Assembly (NCBI GenBank): GCA_028534125.1
Contig: CM052832.1
Span: 23,004,001 to 23,068,000, forward strand
Length of the DNA stretch: 64,000 bases
DNA from: Lama glama
Taxonomy: Eukaryota
Reading direction: 5' to 3'
Shown in pieces: positions 13,113-24,465 of this stretch; position 1 is the stretch's first letter, and the number at the start of each line of letters is the position of its first letter. The translations under genes and the position numbers were made by a program. Below the pieces are notes generated by a model, which had not been told where the DNA came from, ran no database searches, and worked only from the letters and a program-made list of their open reading frames with translations.

Positions 13113-13682
13113 TAATAATAACTACAATAACTAGTGGAAAAAACTATCATTTACAAACAACACCTCTAAGGCATCCCCAGGAATCACTGCAGTGCTTTGC
13201 CAAAAGGGAAAAACAAAATATTTTTAAACAATCTTCAATACATATTTAAACAGAGATTTTACGTGTTTTTATTACATGCCTTGCTTGCTCTCCTTTTCTC
13301 TTTCATGCTTGCCTGCCCGGGAAAGGATTCCACTTCCTCATGTCTTCCCAGAACAATCTATGGGGACCTTCTACTGCACCTACACAGTCAGCTGAGCGAA
13401 TCAGGGCAAACTCAGAAGTAGCCTGCGTCCATCATCAGTGCTACAAACTTAGAGGGTTCCCAGGCTTCAGTTCCCTGTTCACTAATATAAGACCTTTCTA
13501 TTAAAAACACTGGTTTTAAACCCTTCCTGAATCCATGAAATAACAGGGTATAAAAATAAACAGAATCATGCTGGTCCATAAAGGATTTGGGAAAACATTG
13601 TTTAAACAGTGAAGAATTAATTTTTAGTCACAACTCTAAAAACATGCCTATGAGGCATTCAAAGGCATGAAAATACACAAAT

Positions 13683-13701
13683 ACACACACACACACACAC
13701 A
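13683..13701. repeat. (CA)n microsatellite
   Basis: Short AC run read directly from the sequence. Confidence 0.9.
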
Positions 13702-14599
13702 AACGTCCTAGTGTGGACTCATCTACAATGCCCCTCGTCTAATATGAAGGCCCTACTATATATCAAGAGATGTGAAAATTCAGAGAAATTTTATTGAAAA
13801 TCCGATGCCTGGTCATTGCAGAAATCTTCGAGGCATCCAGTCACAGCCATGCAGCACTAGTAATTCAAGAGCCTGCTCTGTATCTATCCATATGAGTAAC
13901 ATAATTGTCAAGACTTAAAAATCTGGTGAAAAAGTGGGACATCACTGGCCATATGGCCTCCAGACTGTATTCATCAGGAATGGTGACTTCTTCAGTCCAT
14001 TTCTATATCTTTAGGAGCATCTACCTTGATGCAAGTCTAACTCAATGGACAGATGGAAATTCCCCAGCTTGCTTGTCTTTATTTAAATCTTGTAAACCAC
14101 AAGAACAAATGAAAACAAAGGTGTTACCATTTGTCAAGCTAAAAACTAGATATCTAATATTTTTTCCAGCAGCAAAGTAACATTAAGAAAGTGACGACTG
14201 ACCTTGATTTGTAGATATAAAGAGAAAGAGAAAGAAGAAAGTATGACCTAACAAAATAATTGCAAAGGCCAAGTGCCCAGTGGACGGGGTTATTCATCCT
14301 CAATGGTCCACTGCACTTTGCTCTAGGAGTACAGTCCTGTACAGTATTACCTTCTCTTGTGGGTGTTGGATTGTGAGTTAATTCATTAAGAAACCAACTT
14401 CCCACTCAAAAGAGTGTTGTTTAGAGTACCTGGCACAGAGCTTTGCAACAAGAAAGAAATATTTAATATATGGTTTTGCTTAGAAGAATCTGAGGCTATT
14501 TGCTTAGTGAAGAGGGAATAGTGATAAATAGCATTATCTTCTATTATTTAAACCTTTCAGGTAAAAAAAAAAGAATTAGTCATTTTTAGAGAGACAGTG

Positions 14600-14810
14600 A
14601 TAGTTGGTAGAAATCACTTAGACATTGGGATCATCTAGACCAACGTTAAAATCCCAGTCTCTGGGTTATTTTCTCTGAGCCATGAATTCAATTCTCAATT
14701 CTTACTTATTAAATGGAAGAGATACATTTACCTTCCTGAGTTGTGATGATTGTCTAAGTGAATAATAATATAAATATAATATAATATGAAGAACCTACCA
14801 CATAAATGGC
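14600..14810 (+). mobile_element. MIR (degraded)
   Basis: AAATCCCAGTCTCTG..AAATGGAAGAGATACATTTACCTTCCTGAGTTGTGATGATT..AATAAT. Confidence 0.55.
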
Positions 14811-14889
14811 AGAGATGGTGGTAAACAGAGAGTTACCTATAGTTTTCATACTTTGGTTCCAAGTGGCATAACGTGTGATGAGAGTCAGA

Positions 14890-15098
14890 AGTACAAGAGG
14901 CGCACTTCAGCGCAGTGAAGAAGGGATTTTCTCTAAGTTAGATCAAGTCAACTGGGTGGCTTATTATAAGGTGGTGACTTCCCCTTCATCAGGAGTCTTC
15001 AAGCAAAACCTCAGTGACCTTTTACCAAGCATGATGAATAGGGAATTAAGTGTAAGGCTTAAATTCTAGACCCCTTTAAATGCTACGTTTCTATGATG
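14890..15098 (+). mobile_element. L3/CR1 3' end
   Basis: GGTGGTGACTTCCCCTTCATCAGGAGTCTTCAAGCAAAACCTCAGTGACC..TTCTATGAT matches the L3 3' terminus. Confidence 0.7.
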
Positions 15099-15759
15099 CC
15101 TTGAAATTCCTAATTCTGAAACGATGAGCACAATTTTTTTGATTATTCTTGAAAAGAAAAGATAATAATGTTAGACAGAAGGGAGGAAATTTGTCATGAG
15201 ACATTAAGTTTGGCTTAAATAGTAACTTTGCATGTCCAAAAAATTAGTATTTAGATTCATGATTTTTTTTTCCCCCAGCAACAGGCTTTAGAAAAATAGA
15301 AAGGTCTAAACGTTCCCCAGCCTCTGGCTTCCAGTTGTCTGTTTAAATAGCTCTCACTGTTTCACTTCATCCTTTTCTCTCTAGTTGAGAAGCAGACATG
15401 ACAAAGGTAGTTAAGCAAGTGCTGTTGATCAGCCCGAGGGAAACATCCATCTACTTCTGATTCATCAGGGTATGTCCTGGGAATTCGCTTCTCCAGCCCT
15501 CTCTCGGTTTCTCAGTTGGCCGAAGTTCTCTCTCCCTTCTCTCTACCCCACGTAAAAAGAGGGGAAAAAAAAAAATCTCTCCCTGTCTCATGAAGTTTCC
15601 TTCTCTTCTCTGAAGACTCCACACACTTAGCTCTGAATTGAACTGCCGACTCTAAGAAGGTGTCTCAAGGCAACTTCCCGACAAGACTGTTCTGTCACCA
15701 AATGGGATCCTCACAGCACCTGCCGAAAGAGTGATTTTCTTCATTTCATTGCAGTGCAT

Positions 15760-15954
15760 TGTCATACACAACCTGGGGAGAGGTGGAGAGACGTAGACTC
15801 TTAAGATTTCCATGGAGTGGCCTCAGGATGCTTTGTGAAATCCCTGAAAATACGCGCAAAATTTTACAGAGTGTGCACTTTGCTATGAGAGTCCATGGAT
15901 TCATCAGATTCTTAAAATGCTGTACATAACACCAAAAAAGGTTACAAATCAATG
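15760..15954 (+). mobile_element. hAT-Charlie MITE (Charlie4z/MER103-like)
   Basis: CCCTGAAAATACGCGCAAAATTTT..GTCCATGGATTCATCAGATTCTTAAA..CCAAAAAAGGTTACAAATCAATG. Confidence 0.65.
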
Positions 15955-15958
15955 TCTT

Positions 15959-16230
15959 TAGTAAACAATCTTATTATTACTGGGGAGAGGGGGTGGGAAG
16001 AGATAAATTTGGGTGTTTGAGATTTACAGATGTTAGTCACTATATATAAAAATAGATTTTAAAAACGTTTCTGCTGCATAGCACAGGGAACTGTGTTCAA
16101 TATCTTGTAATAATCTTTAATGAAAAAGAATATGAAAATGAATATATGTATGTATATGCATGACTGGGACATTGTGCTGCACACCAGAAACTGACACATT
16201 GTAACTGACGGTACTTCAGTTAAAAAAAAG
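15959..16230 (+). mobile_element. 5'-truncated lineage-specific L1 (3' UTR only) with 12-bp TSD
   Basis: TAGCACAGGGAAC..AAAAGAATATGAAAATGAATATATG..poly(A); AATCAATGTCTT at 15947-15958 and 16231-16242. Confidence 0.9.
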
Positions 16231-16244
16231 AATCAATGTCTTAC

Positions 16245-16562
16245 AACAGAAAATTTTTGCAAACGATATATTTTGATAAGGGTCTAGTATGCACACTAGA
16301 GTTCTTTATAGAACTCATTGACATCCAACAATAAAAAGACAAATAATCCAATTAAAATGGGCAAAAGACTTGAATAGACATTTTTCCAACAAATATATAC
16401 AAAAAAATAATAAACACACATACAGGTGATCAACATCATTAGTCATTTAGGAATGGCCAATCAAAACCACAATGAGTTACGACTTCCCATCCACTAACAT
16501 GGCTATAACCAAAAGAACAGACAGTAATAATTGTTGGTGTGGATATGGAAAAACTGGAAGCT
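16245..16562 (+). mobile_element. Old L1 (L1M) late ORF2 fragment
   Basis: CCAATTAAAATGGGCAAAAGACTTGAATAGACATTTTTCC..ATCAAAACCACAATGAG. Confidence 0.85.
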
Positions 16563-17036
16563 GGTCCTTCCTAACCAGTAGGATACTGACCACAAGTTTG
16601 CGACACAAATAGAATATAACAAATTACTGATTTTATAGAATGGGCATCTAAGAACACTCCTATGAGCATCCCCAGCCACTGGAACCCAGGGAAGTAACCA
16701 TCAATGTGAAAGTCTTAAATTTGGTACCACTGACACATGGTGGAATCTTGAGACTATATTTCTAAATTTCTCATAGTTTCCAATCTACAGTGAAGTAACA
16801 ATACCTTCCTTCATGGTGTTGTATGAAGATTAATGAAACTGCATCTGTCACGTAATTTGAGCCTTTGTCTGAAATGATTCCTGTGACTTGAACACGACAC
16901 GCACATGCTTTTCTACCTACCAAGTAAACTGTTAGCTCAAAAAGTTGTTTGGATGTGTTGCGAAATGTATTGTTTTATTCCAATAAAAACTGAGGCCCCG
17001 TGGACGTAAAACTCACTCGAAAGCTAAGTGACCTAA

Positions 17037-17589
17037 TGTTTCAAGTACCTACTGCTGCATAAGAAGGTAACCCAAAGCTCAGCAGTTCAAAGTAGCTCCT
17101 CCATTTTGCTCGTGACTTTGTGTGTCAGGGATTTGGAAAGAGCTTGGCTGAGAGTTCTGTCTCTCATCCCTGTGCCATCAGCTGGGGTGACTGAGGATTC
17201 ACCTCAAAATGGCTAATTACTAAAGTAACTGACATCTCAGTGCTCTTTGCGCCCTCTGTGTGTGTGTGCGTCTTTCCAGGCAGCATCTCATTATCCAAGG
17301 AGTCTCCAGCACTGTGGCCTCAAGGAGGTCATACTTCTTGCATGATGCTGGTTTCCAAGGAGGAGGAAGCAGAAGCTGCCAGGTCAGATAAGAGCTACAC
17401 CCAGAACTGCACAGTGTCACTTGCGCTGTATTCTATTGGTCAAAGCAGTCATAGAGCCTTCCCGAAATCCAAGGGAGAGGTAAAATACACTCTGCTTCCT
17501 GGTAGAGGACTGGCAAGGTCACAGCGCCGAAGAGCATGTAGGATAGGAGATATGTTTGTAGTCAGCTTTGGAAAATACAATCTGCCGCA
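17037..17589 (-). mobile_element. ERVL-MaLR solo LTR (MLT1H/G-like)
   Basis: TATTCTATTGGTCAAAGCAGTCA..TTTGGAAAATACAATCTGCCGCA terminus. Confidence 0.85.
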
Positions 17590-19189
17590 CCCAGGTTCTC
17601 ATCTTGGCACAACTTCCAGCAACCGTGGTAATGCTGCCAGTACACCTATGCCTTTGCCTCTGCCTGTACATCTACCTGTACCCCTACTACTCACAACTGG
17701 CTCATTACTTGAGAAATGCAGGAATTGGACCGGAGTTCTACTTAGGATCATCTGATTGCAAGGAACAGGGACTTACTCAAGTTATCTTAAAAAAGCAGAA
17801 TTCTCATAGGAAAACACAACAGATTGTCACTAAAACGAGTAAACTCTCAGGCATTAGCTGTGCTCTGTGGCCTCTCTTGGAATGCTGGAATGTGTGGTTT
17901 TCCTTTCTTGGGCAGGTGGCATCATTACAAATGCGATTTAATCATTGTCCTAACCCTTCCTCATGAGTCCACACTTTGTAGGGGCTATCAGTTTGAAACC
18001 CCAGCTAAACAATTACATTCTCTCCTAGACCCAGACTGAAATTCCACAGAAAATCAATTACCTCTTCCACATCCCTTTAGTCTTTCAGGTCTTTCTACAG
18101 TAGGCAACTACATAAGCCTCTTACTATTCTAAGGATTGGTTGGTTTTTTTTTTTAAAATCAATTACACCCTTTGATCTAATCAGTAGTGACAGGGAATGA
18201 GGAGGTTGGTGTTAAAGAAAAAGATGATATCACTTGGTACAAAAAAAAAAATGGCCATCTAGAAGGCATGGTGATCCATGAGTAATACAACTAAATGATC
18301 TCCAAAGTCATGCCAGCTCCAAGTGTGTATGGATTTTGTAAAGGTAATTTCCATTAGCTTGTGCAGTAACATAATAGCCTACTCATTTCTCAATGCTTCA
18401 CAGAGTCTTCTAAAAAAAAAAAAAAAGGAGCTACTGAGTAGATTCCACTCCCTAGAGAGAAGAAAGAGTGCTCCAGGGACCCAGCCTAATTTCCTATAGC
18501 CATTCTATTATCCCAGCTGTATCTATGGTTTCTATTAGCCCTTCTGTGCTATTGATCAGCCCGGTCACAATGAAAGAGCTTTATTGAATTCCAAGTAATG
18601 GAAACTCATTACATGGCTGAGATAATTAATTACCAATTCTTTCCTTTTAGTGAAATTGAAACTGGCTGTGGAGAGCAGGCTGTGGAGAGCAAGCTAAGCG
18701 AGCCCAGTAATACAGCCTGTTAGAAGCTTTATTTAATGTGTATGAAGAACACTCTACACTGGCCTTGGAGATGTGTTTGATGTACTGCAGACCCTTGAAA
18801 CAACCAAAGCACTTTCCTTTAAAATAAACCATCTTTTCAAATGGAATCAATTGAAAGTAGGAGGCACTTAAACCATAAAAAGCAAAAATAAAAAATCAAA
18901 ACAAAACCATAAATCATATAAGGATATCAATGTAAGGCATTACTTCGCTGGTACTTTTAAAGCAGGCCATCAAAGTGTTTTTGCAAACCTCTGAGTAAGT
19001 CAGATGTGGGAGGTGGGTTCATGCCTTCAATCCTGTCTTTTATTCTTCTGGCTTCATATGACTACTTGGTGCATTGCCAAGGTAGTTTTCAAACAGTAAG
19101 TTGCTAAGCAGGCATTAATACCTAACACATGTGGGGAACTGATAACATCATCACTGGGATGGACTGAAGACTGAGGAAGATGGTTACTA

Positions 19190-19430
19190 AAAATAGCTGG
19201 CATTGATCAAATGCCTACTCTGCATCAGGTGCTGTGCTAGGCCTTTTGCATATATTGTATCATTTAATTCTCACAACTTTACAATCTAGGTTATATTAAT
19301 ACTTATTTTAAAGGTGAGGATAACAAAGCTCAATCAAACTGCTCAAAAATCACAGGACTATAATTCCATAGGTCCAAACTTAGGTTTGCCTAACTGATTA
19401 AGCCTATTCAATCCATTACGCCATGCTACT
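19190..19430 (-). mobile_element. MIR (near full length)
   Basis: ATGCCTACTCTGCATCAGGTGCTGTGCTAGG..CATTTAATTCTCACAAC..ATTTTAAAGGTGAGGA. Confidence 0.8.
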
Positions 19431-20029
19431 TCCCCCAGAATTAGTATAAGAAGACATTTCAAAAATCATTTACAAGAAACACTGAGAAAAATTTGTAGTT
19501 TATACAGAGTTCAAAGTGAGACACAGAAAAGACATTCTACCTGAAGTTAGATGTGTAAGAAGAAATAGTTCTTTTATTAACATTACATCCCTTCTTATGG
19601 AGGATACTGGTGGAAACACAGAATGCAATGTTCATTTGTGTTTTGCAAAACTTGGTCCTATGATATTTTGACCCTGGATGGCAAGTATAAACCCTAGAAA
19701 TGACGGACTTCCAAAGCCTTAGCAATCCTCTGTGTTATAAGAGGTGGAGATTTGTGAAATCTCAATTACAGCTGATGGATTCAAAGCCAATGTTTTCCAA
19801 AAGAAACACAAGTCAGACTCTGAGAAGCACTGAACTGGCCTCAATGTTCTCCATTCTCTGTATCAAACTCTGTTATAACCATAGCACAGTGATCGCTGCG
19901 GACAGCATGCTGTCCCACTCTCTGGTACAGTGACGTATTTCTCCTACCACCAGTTGTCTGCTCACTTAGAGTCAGTAGTGTTTGTCCCCAAACCTGCTTT
20001 TATCAGTTGTACCTGTTACAGCGATTAGA

Positions 20030-20518
20030 TCATTTAATTTACTATTATATAAATCAAGGAAATGAGAAATGCATAAGGTAAAAGAGTTGTTGGTTGTAGT
20101 GAAAAAGAAAACAGTGAATGCTTTGTAATACTTGAGTATTGCTTAGAATATTGCTATTGGGTTGGGTGTGGGTAAGACAACTGTTAAAGATTAGGAATTG
20201 TGTAAAAATATATAATTATTCTGTACCTACATTATTTCCCAGGTACTTCTTAGGGCTTGCTCCAAATAAAGAAAATAAAGATTAAAGTTGACTAGTTATG
20301 GGTAGAGTTTATACAAGTAGAATAATTCAGATGTCTTGTCGTTGACTCCAACTCAATAGCTCTTGGCCTTGCCTCAAAGTATGAACTTCCAATTTAAAAT
20401 AAAAACTCTTATGAAACACTTTTTTTCAGTCCCTACAATAACCACATATTTTTTTAAAAAATTAATTAACCAGTTACCAATTAATCAGCTTGTCTGGGCT
20501 AAGAGGATTTCTAATGTA
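20030..20518 (+). mobile_element. Ancient TcMar-Tigger derivative (MamRep434-like) with degraded transposase HTH region
   Basis: AAAAGAGTTGTT..TGAATGCTTTG..ATTGCTATTGGGTTGGGTGTGGGTAAGACAACTGTTAAAGATTAG reads IAIGLGVGKTTVKD* (pogo/CENP-B-type HTH); TIR-like end TAAGAGGATTTCTAATG followed by TA. Confidence 0.65.
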
Positions 20519-21129
20519 TCACAGAGGAATACCAAAGATTTCTTTAGAAGAAGCAGAGTGAGACTATATCACACACACTTTGAAAGAATTCCTAACATCA
20601 ATTTTGGATACATCTTTCTTTTCATAAAACTCCACTCCTTTTTTAAAAATCTGTTTAAACCCCTCAGAACTCCTCATTCCTCAGCCATCTGGTTGTCACT
20701 GACTTTCTACCTTTTATTGTCTCTCCCTCACCTTTTCTCAAGCAGACCAACTGAAGTCCTTTGGCTTTTTCTGGTTCTGTTCAGCTTAGAAAAGGCCCAG
20801 GAGGCCCAAAAAGCTGAAAATGAAGCATCTTCTTGAAAAAATGAAGTAAAAGAAAAGGTCACACCTGCATATATTTTAATATTTTACCTCCTTTACATTT
20901 GAATAACTAATTTGAGCAGCCCTCTGTTCATTCTGAGAAAGCCTCCCCAATGGGCCTTTCACGTGTAAAATACGAAGCAAAGACCCTGGGCTGAAATAAA
21001 TGTCTTTGGAGACATTTGTCACCACCAAGGAGCCAGAACTGCTTTGATAAGGAGGTGAGAAAGTAAAAAAAGTATTCTGGGGGGGAGGGGAGAGAACTGC
21101 ATGTCGGAAGAATATGAGCTTTTCAAAAG

Positions 21130-21615
21130 TATGGACTGAGCGGTGGGAACACAAGAACAGCGAGGCACTGACAAACAGGTTCCTTCGTCAGAACCTGATT
21201 CCCAGTGATTAGAGGGGCCTGAGCCAGAGGCTGACAGCACAGTTCTGGAGGGAGTTGACGTAGCTCTTGACATAAGCAGGGTCAGGGAGGGAAGGAGTAT
21301 CTGCGAGGCAGAGGCGGGAGGTAACTTGGAGAGGCCTGCTGGTTTGCACAGGGCGCATTAGAGGGTTAGAGGGCTGAAGTGAGGATGGGATGAAGAAGCC
21401 AAGGGGCCCTCTAGAGAAGCGCAGGAAGAATACTCCAGGCGAAGGCAACTCCAAAGTGCAAATGTTCTGAAGCAAAAAAGGGCTCAGTGTATTTGAGGAA
21501 TAGCCAGGAGGCCAGGTGGCTGGAGCTGACTGAGCAAGGAAGGGAGTGGTAGCAGATAAGATCAGAAAATGAGGGATGACATATTACCTGGGGGGCCACC
21601 GAGAGGCCACTTTTT
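21130..21615 (-). mobile_element. L2 fragment
   Basis: GGAAGAATACTCCAGGCGAAGGCAAC..TTTGAGGAATAGCCAGGAGGCCAGGTGGCTGGAGC. Confidence 0.75.
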
Positions 21616-22189
21616 ACCCTGATATCATCAAAGAGGTTTTAAAGAAAATAAGACAGATTTTAAAGTCCATGCAAAACTGAGTATTATAGAAGTGAATAGA
21701 TGTGACATTCGCTTTTCCATTATTCAAATGTTTACTATGTGTACAGTAAGAACTGGCAAAATGAAAGTGGTGTCCAGGCATTTTCAGATAAAAGTCTTCT
21801 ATGTACAAATGAAAGACAAAAATGTAGCCTTAGGTGTCTACCAACTGATAAAATTATAAAAGTAACAAAGTGAAATTAAGTTGTAACAAAGGGCTATCAA
21901 AAGAGCCTCGATGTTGGCTTCATGTATACAAACATGAAGAAACTTTCTAGACCTTAGTTTCCAAATCTTACAAAATGAGGGATGTAATTGATAGGATTCT
22001 TAGGTCTCTCACAGCACTGAAGTTTGGAATCTGCTACTGATTATCTGCTGGCCTGGACTTACGTCTGAAATGAAAGGGTTATGTCTGAGTTCAAAGTCAC
22101 AAAATTGAAAGAAGGTATGTACATACTTGTATTTAAATTTACCATCTGAGCAGTTTCATGAGCACACAAAAGCGAAAAACTAATGTCAT

Positions 22190-22640
22190 ATTGTTCTGAG
22201 AGACCTGGGCATATAATTCAGACAAACAGAGGCTACAAGATAATGTTTTTTTTTGTAATAGAAATGACAAAACTGGCACAGAAGCAAGATAAAGAATCAG
22301 TGGGGGACTTCTGTTAATTGAGGTATATACTGGAGCCTTATTCTCCTAAAAGTAGAGCATCTGATAAATTATTGTCTTGCTGACAATTTCAGCTTTCAGA
22401 AGACAGAGGGAGCAAAGGGGCATTATGGATAAGATACAGACAGACAAGGAGGAATGAAATTACCAATATGAAATTGAAAGACATGCAACCTAGATTTTAG
22501 GAAGGCTGATTTTAGGATAGAGGGGGAAAAAATATCATGGAGAGGAATATAGATTATGTGCAAAAGGAGGTTTCAATAGATGCAGTTTGACTGCATAACT
22601 TTAAGTAAGGCCAGGAAGAAAAGAGGAAAGAATGCTTAAG
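22190..22640 (+). mobile_element. L3/CR1 ORF2 endonuclease-region remnant
   Basis: ACAAAACTGGCACAGAAGCAAGAT..GTGGGGGACTTC (GDF motif)..AAAAGTAGAGCATCTGATAAATT..CTTGCTGACAATTTC..CTAGATTTTAGGAAGGCTGATTT (LDFRKADF). Confidence 0.7.
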
Positions 22641-22821
22641 AACCCAAGAAATATAAACGTACTCTTAAGTACAGGTGTTAAAAGTATAAAGGCAATGACA
22701 GTAAGAATAGTCCATCGAGCACCACATTAACTTTGTTGGTATTTAGCAGACTGAGTAAGTTCAATTATAATCTTAATTTCCCTCAGAGATCAGACTTGCA
22801 CTGGCCAAAACAGTTAACTTC

Positions 22822-23110
22822 TGTGGCTATTAAGTATTTGAAATGTGGCTAGTTTGAGTTGAGACACACTGTAAGTGTAAAATACATTTAGTACAAAAGA
22901 TGAATATGGAACAAATAAAATAGTATTTCTCATTAATAAACTGTATCTTTTATATAGTTAACCTACATGTTGAAATAATATTTTGAACACACAGGGTTTA
23001 AAATATACTAAAAAATTAATTTCATCTGTTTCTCTGTTTACTTTTTTAGTGTAACTACTAGAATATTTTCAATTACATTTGTAGCTCATATTGTATTTCT
23101 ATCAGACAAC
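22822..23110 (-). mobile_element. MER33 (hAT-Charlie)
   Basis: GTGGCTATTAAGTATTTGAAATGTGGCTAG..TACATGTTGAAATAATATTTTG..TATTTCTATCAGACAAC. Confidence 0.85.
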
Positions 23111-23387
23111 TCATTTTGTAGAAGAGGAACAAACCTAAAAAGGCTACAAAATTTCTTCCAAGTCACAGGACTGCTATATTTATTAAATAATTTATAATTA
23201 TTTCTTTAACAAAATAGAAAAAACAAAGAATTGGAGAAATTGTAAAGAAAAAAATGAAAAATTTTAAAACCATACATAAGGCAGAATATATATAAAAGGA
23301 CAGGCTCTCATCTGAGACAGCATAGGGGAAGGGACAGGAGTACGTGTCCAGATCAGGGGAAGTAATGTTTGCATGCTGTTGATCAAA

Positions 23388-24160
23388 GTCACTGGTAAAG
23401 GAGAACATACAGTAAAATTCAGAATAGTCTAATGTTGTAATAATAGTGAGCAGATCACTTTTAATGCCAGTATAAAGGTTAAAAGACAAAAGTATTAAAA
23501 ATAACTGTAGACACAATTTGTTAATGGATTCAGAATACAAAAAGATGTAAATTATGACACCAAAACAATAAAATGTGTGTGGAGGGTAAGTGTAGAGCTT
23601 TTTAAAGTGAAGTTGGTACACTTAAAATAGACTGTTACGGCTGTAAGATGTTATACATAAGCCTAAGGTAACTGCAAAGCAAAAATCCATAGTGGATATA
23701 TAAAAAAAAAGCAAAAAACCACCGAAGCACAAAGGAAGACAGCAATAGGGGAAGAAAAAACAAAAAATTTTTAAAACATTGAGAAAACTATTAACAAAAT
23801 GGCAACAGTAAGCCTTTATCTAGCAATAGCCATTTTAAATGTAAATTTAATAAATTATCCAATCAAAAGGCACAGAGTGGTTGAATGGATAAGAAAACAA
23901 GACCCAGCTATATGTTGCCTAAAAGAGACTCACTTTAGCCTCAAGGTCACACATAGACTGAAAAATATAAAAAGATATTTCATGTAAATGAAAACCAAAA
24001 TAATGCATGAGTTGCTATACTTGGACAAGATAGATTTACATCAAAGACTATAACAAAAGACATAGACAGTCACTATATAATCATAAAAGGGTCAATTCAT
24101 CAACAAGGTATAACAATTGTAAATATTTATGTACCTAACATCAATACGTCTCAATATATT
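23388..24160 (+). mobile_element. Old L1 inter-ORF region and ORF2 endonuclease start (degenerate)
   Basis: ORF 23799-23987 MATVSLYLAIAILNVNLINYPIKRHRVVEWIRKQDPAICCLKETH is the L1 APE-like EN N-terminus; frameshifted afterwards. Confidence 0.9.
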
Positions 24161-24269
24161 TGTAATAATATTTGGATTTACATATTTTGAAAGGAATATA
24201 TAACACATTATTTATGATCTTTGATTTGTGAATCAGCACAAATTTCCCTGTCACTATTCACTTGTCTCT

Positions 24270-24392
24270 TAAGGAAACCATTATTCCAAGTTCTGTCACC
24301 ATATTTAGTTTTGCCTTATATTGAACTTCATATAAATGGAACCACACAGTACATACAATTTGGTACCTGACTTCTTCCATTCAACTTAAGAG
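24270..24392 (-). mobile_element. L1ME-like 3' fragment
   Basis: TTAGTTTTGCC..TTGAACTTCATATAAATGGAACCACACAGTA..GACTTCTTCCATTCAAC. Confidence 0.65.
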
Positions 24393-24405
24393 TTTTGGGA
24401 AATAG

Positions 24406-24465
24406 CAGACTGAATTGTACAAAACTAAAAACAGACAGACTGAATTGTACAAAACTAGGAACAGA
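24406..24465. repeat. 30-bp tandem duplication (2 copies, 28/30 identical)
   Basis: CAGACTGAATTGTACAAAACTAAAAACAGA then CAGACTGAATTGTACAAAACTAGGAACAGA. Confidence 0.95.

Noticed and set aside
17240..17755. 171-aa ORF, the longest N-free ORF in the track
   Set aside because: It lies mostly within an MLT1 LTR plus a hexamer-like low-complexity run (PLPLPV), has a non-ATG start and no recognisable domain.
19541..20990. Two minus-strand exon-like open segments (~20887-20990 and ~19541-19693) with AG/GT ends
   Set aside because: Their reading-frame phases are incompatible when joined, and the peptides resemble nothing I recognise.
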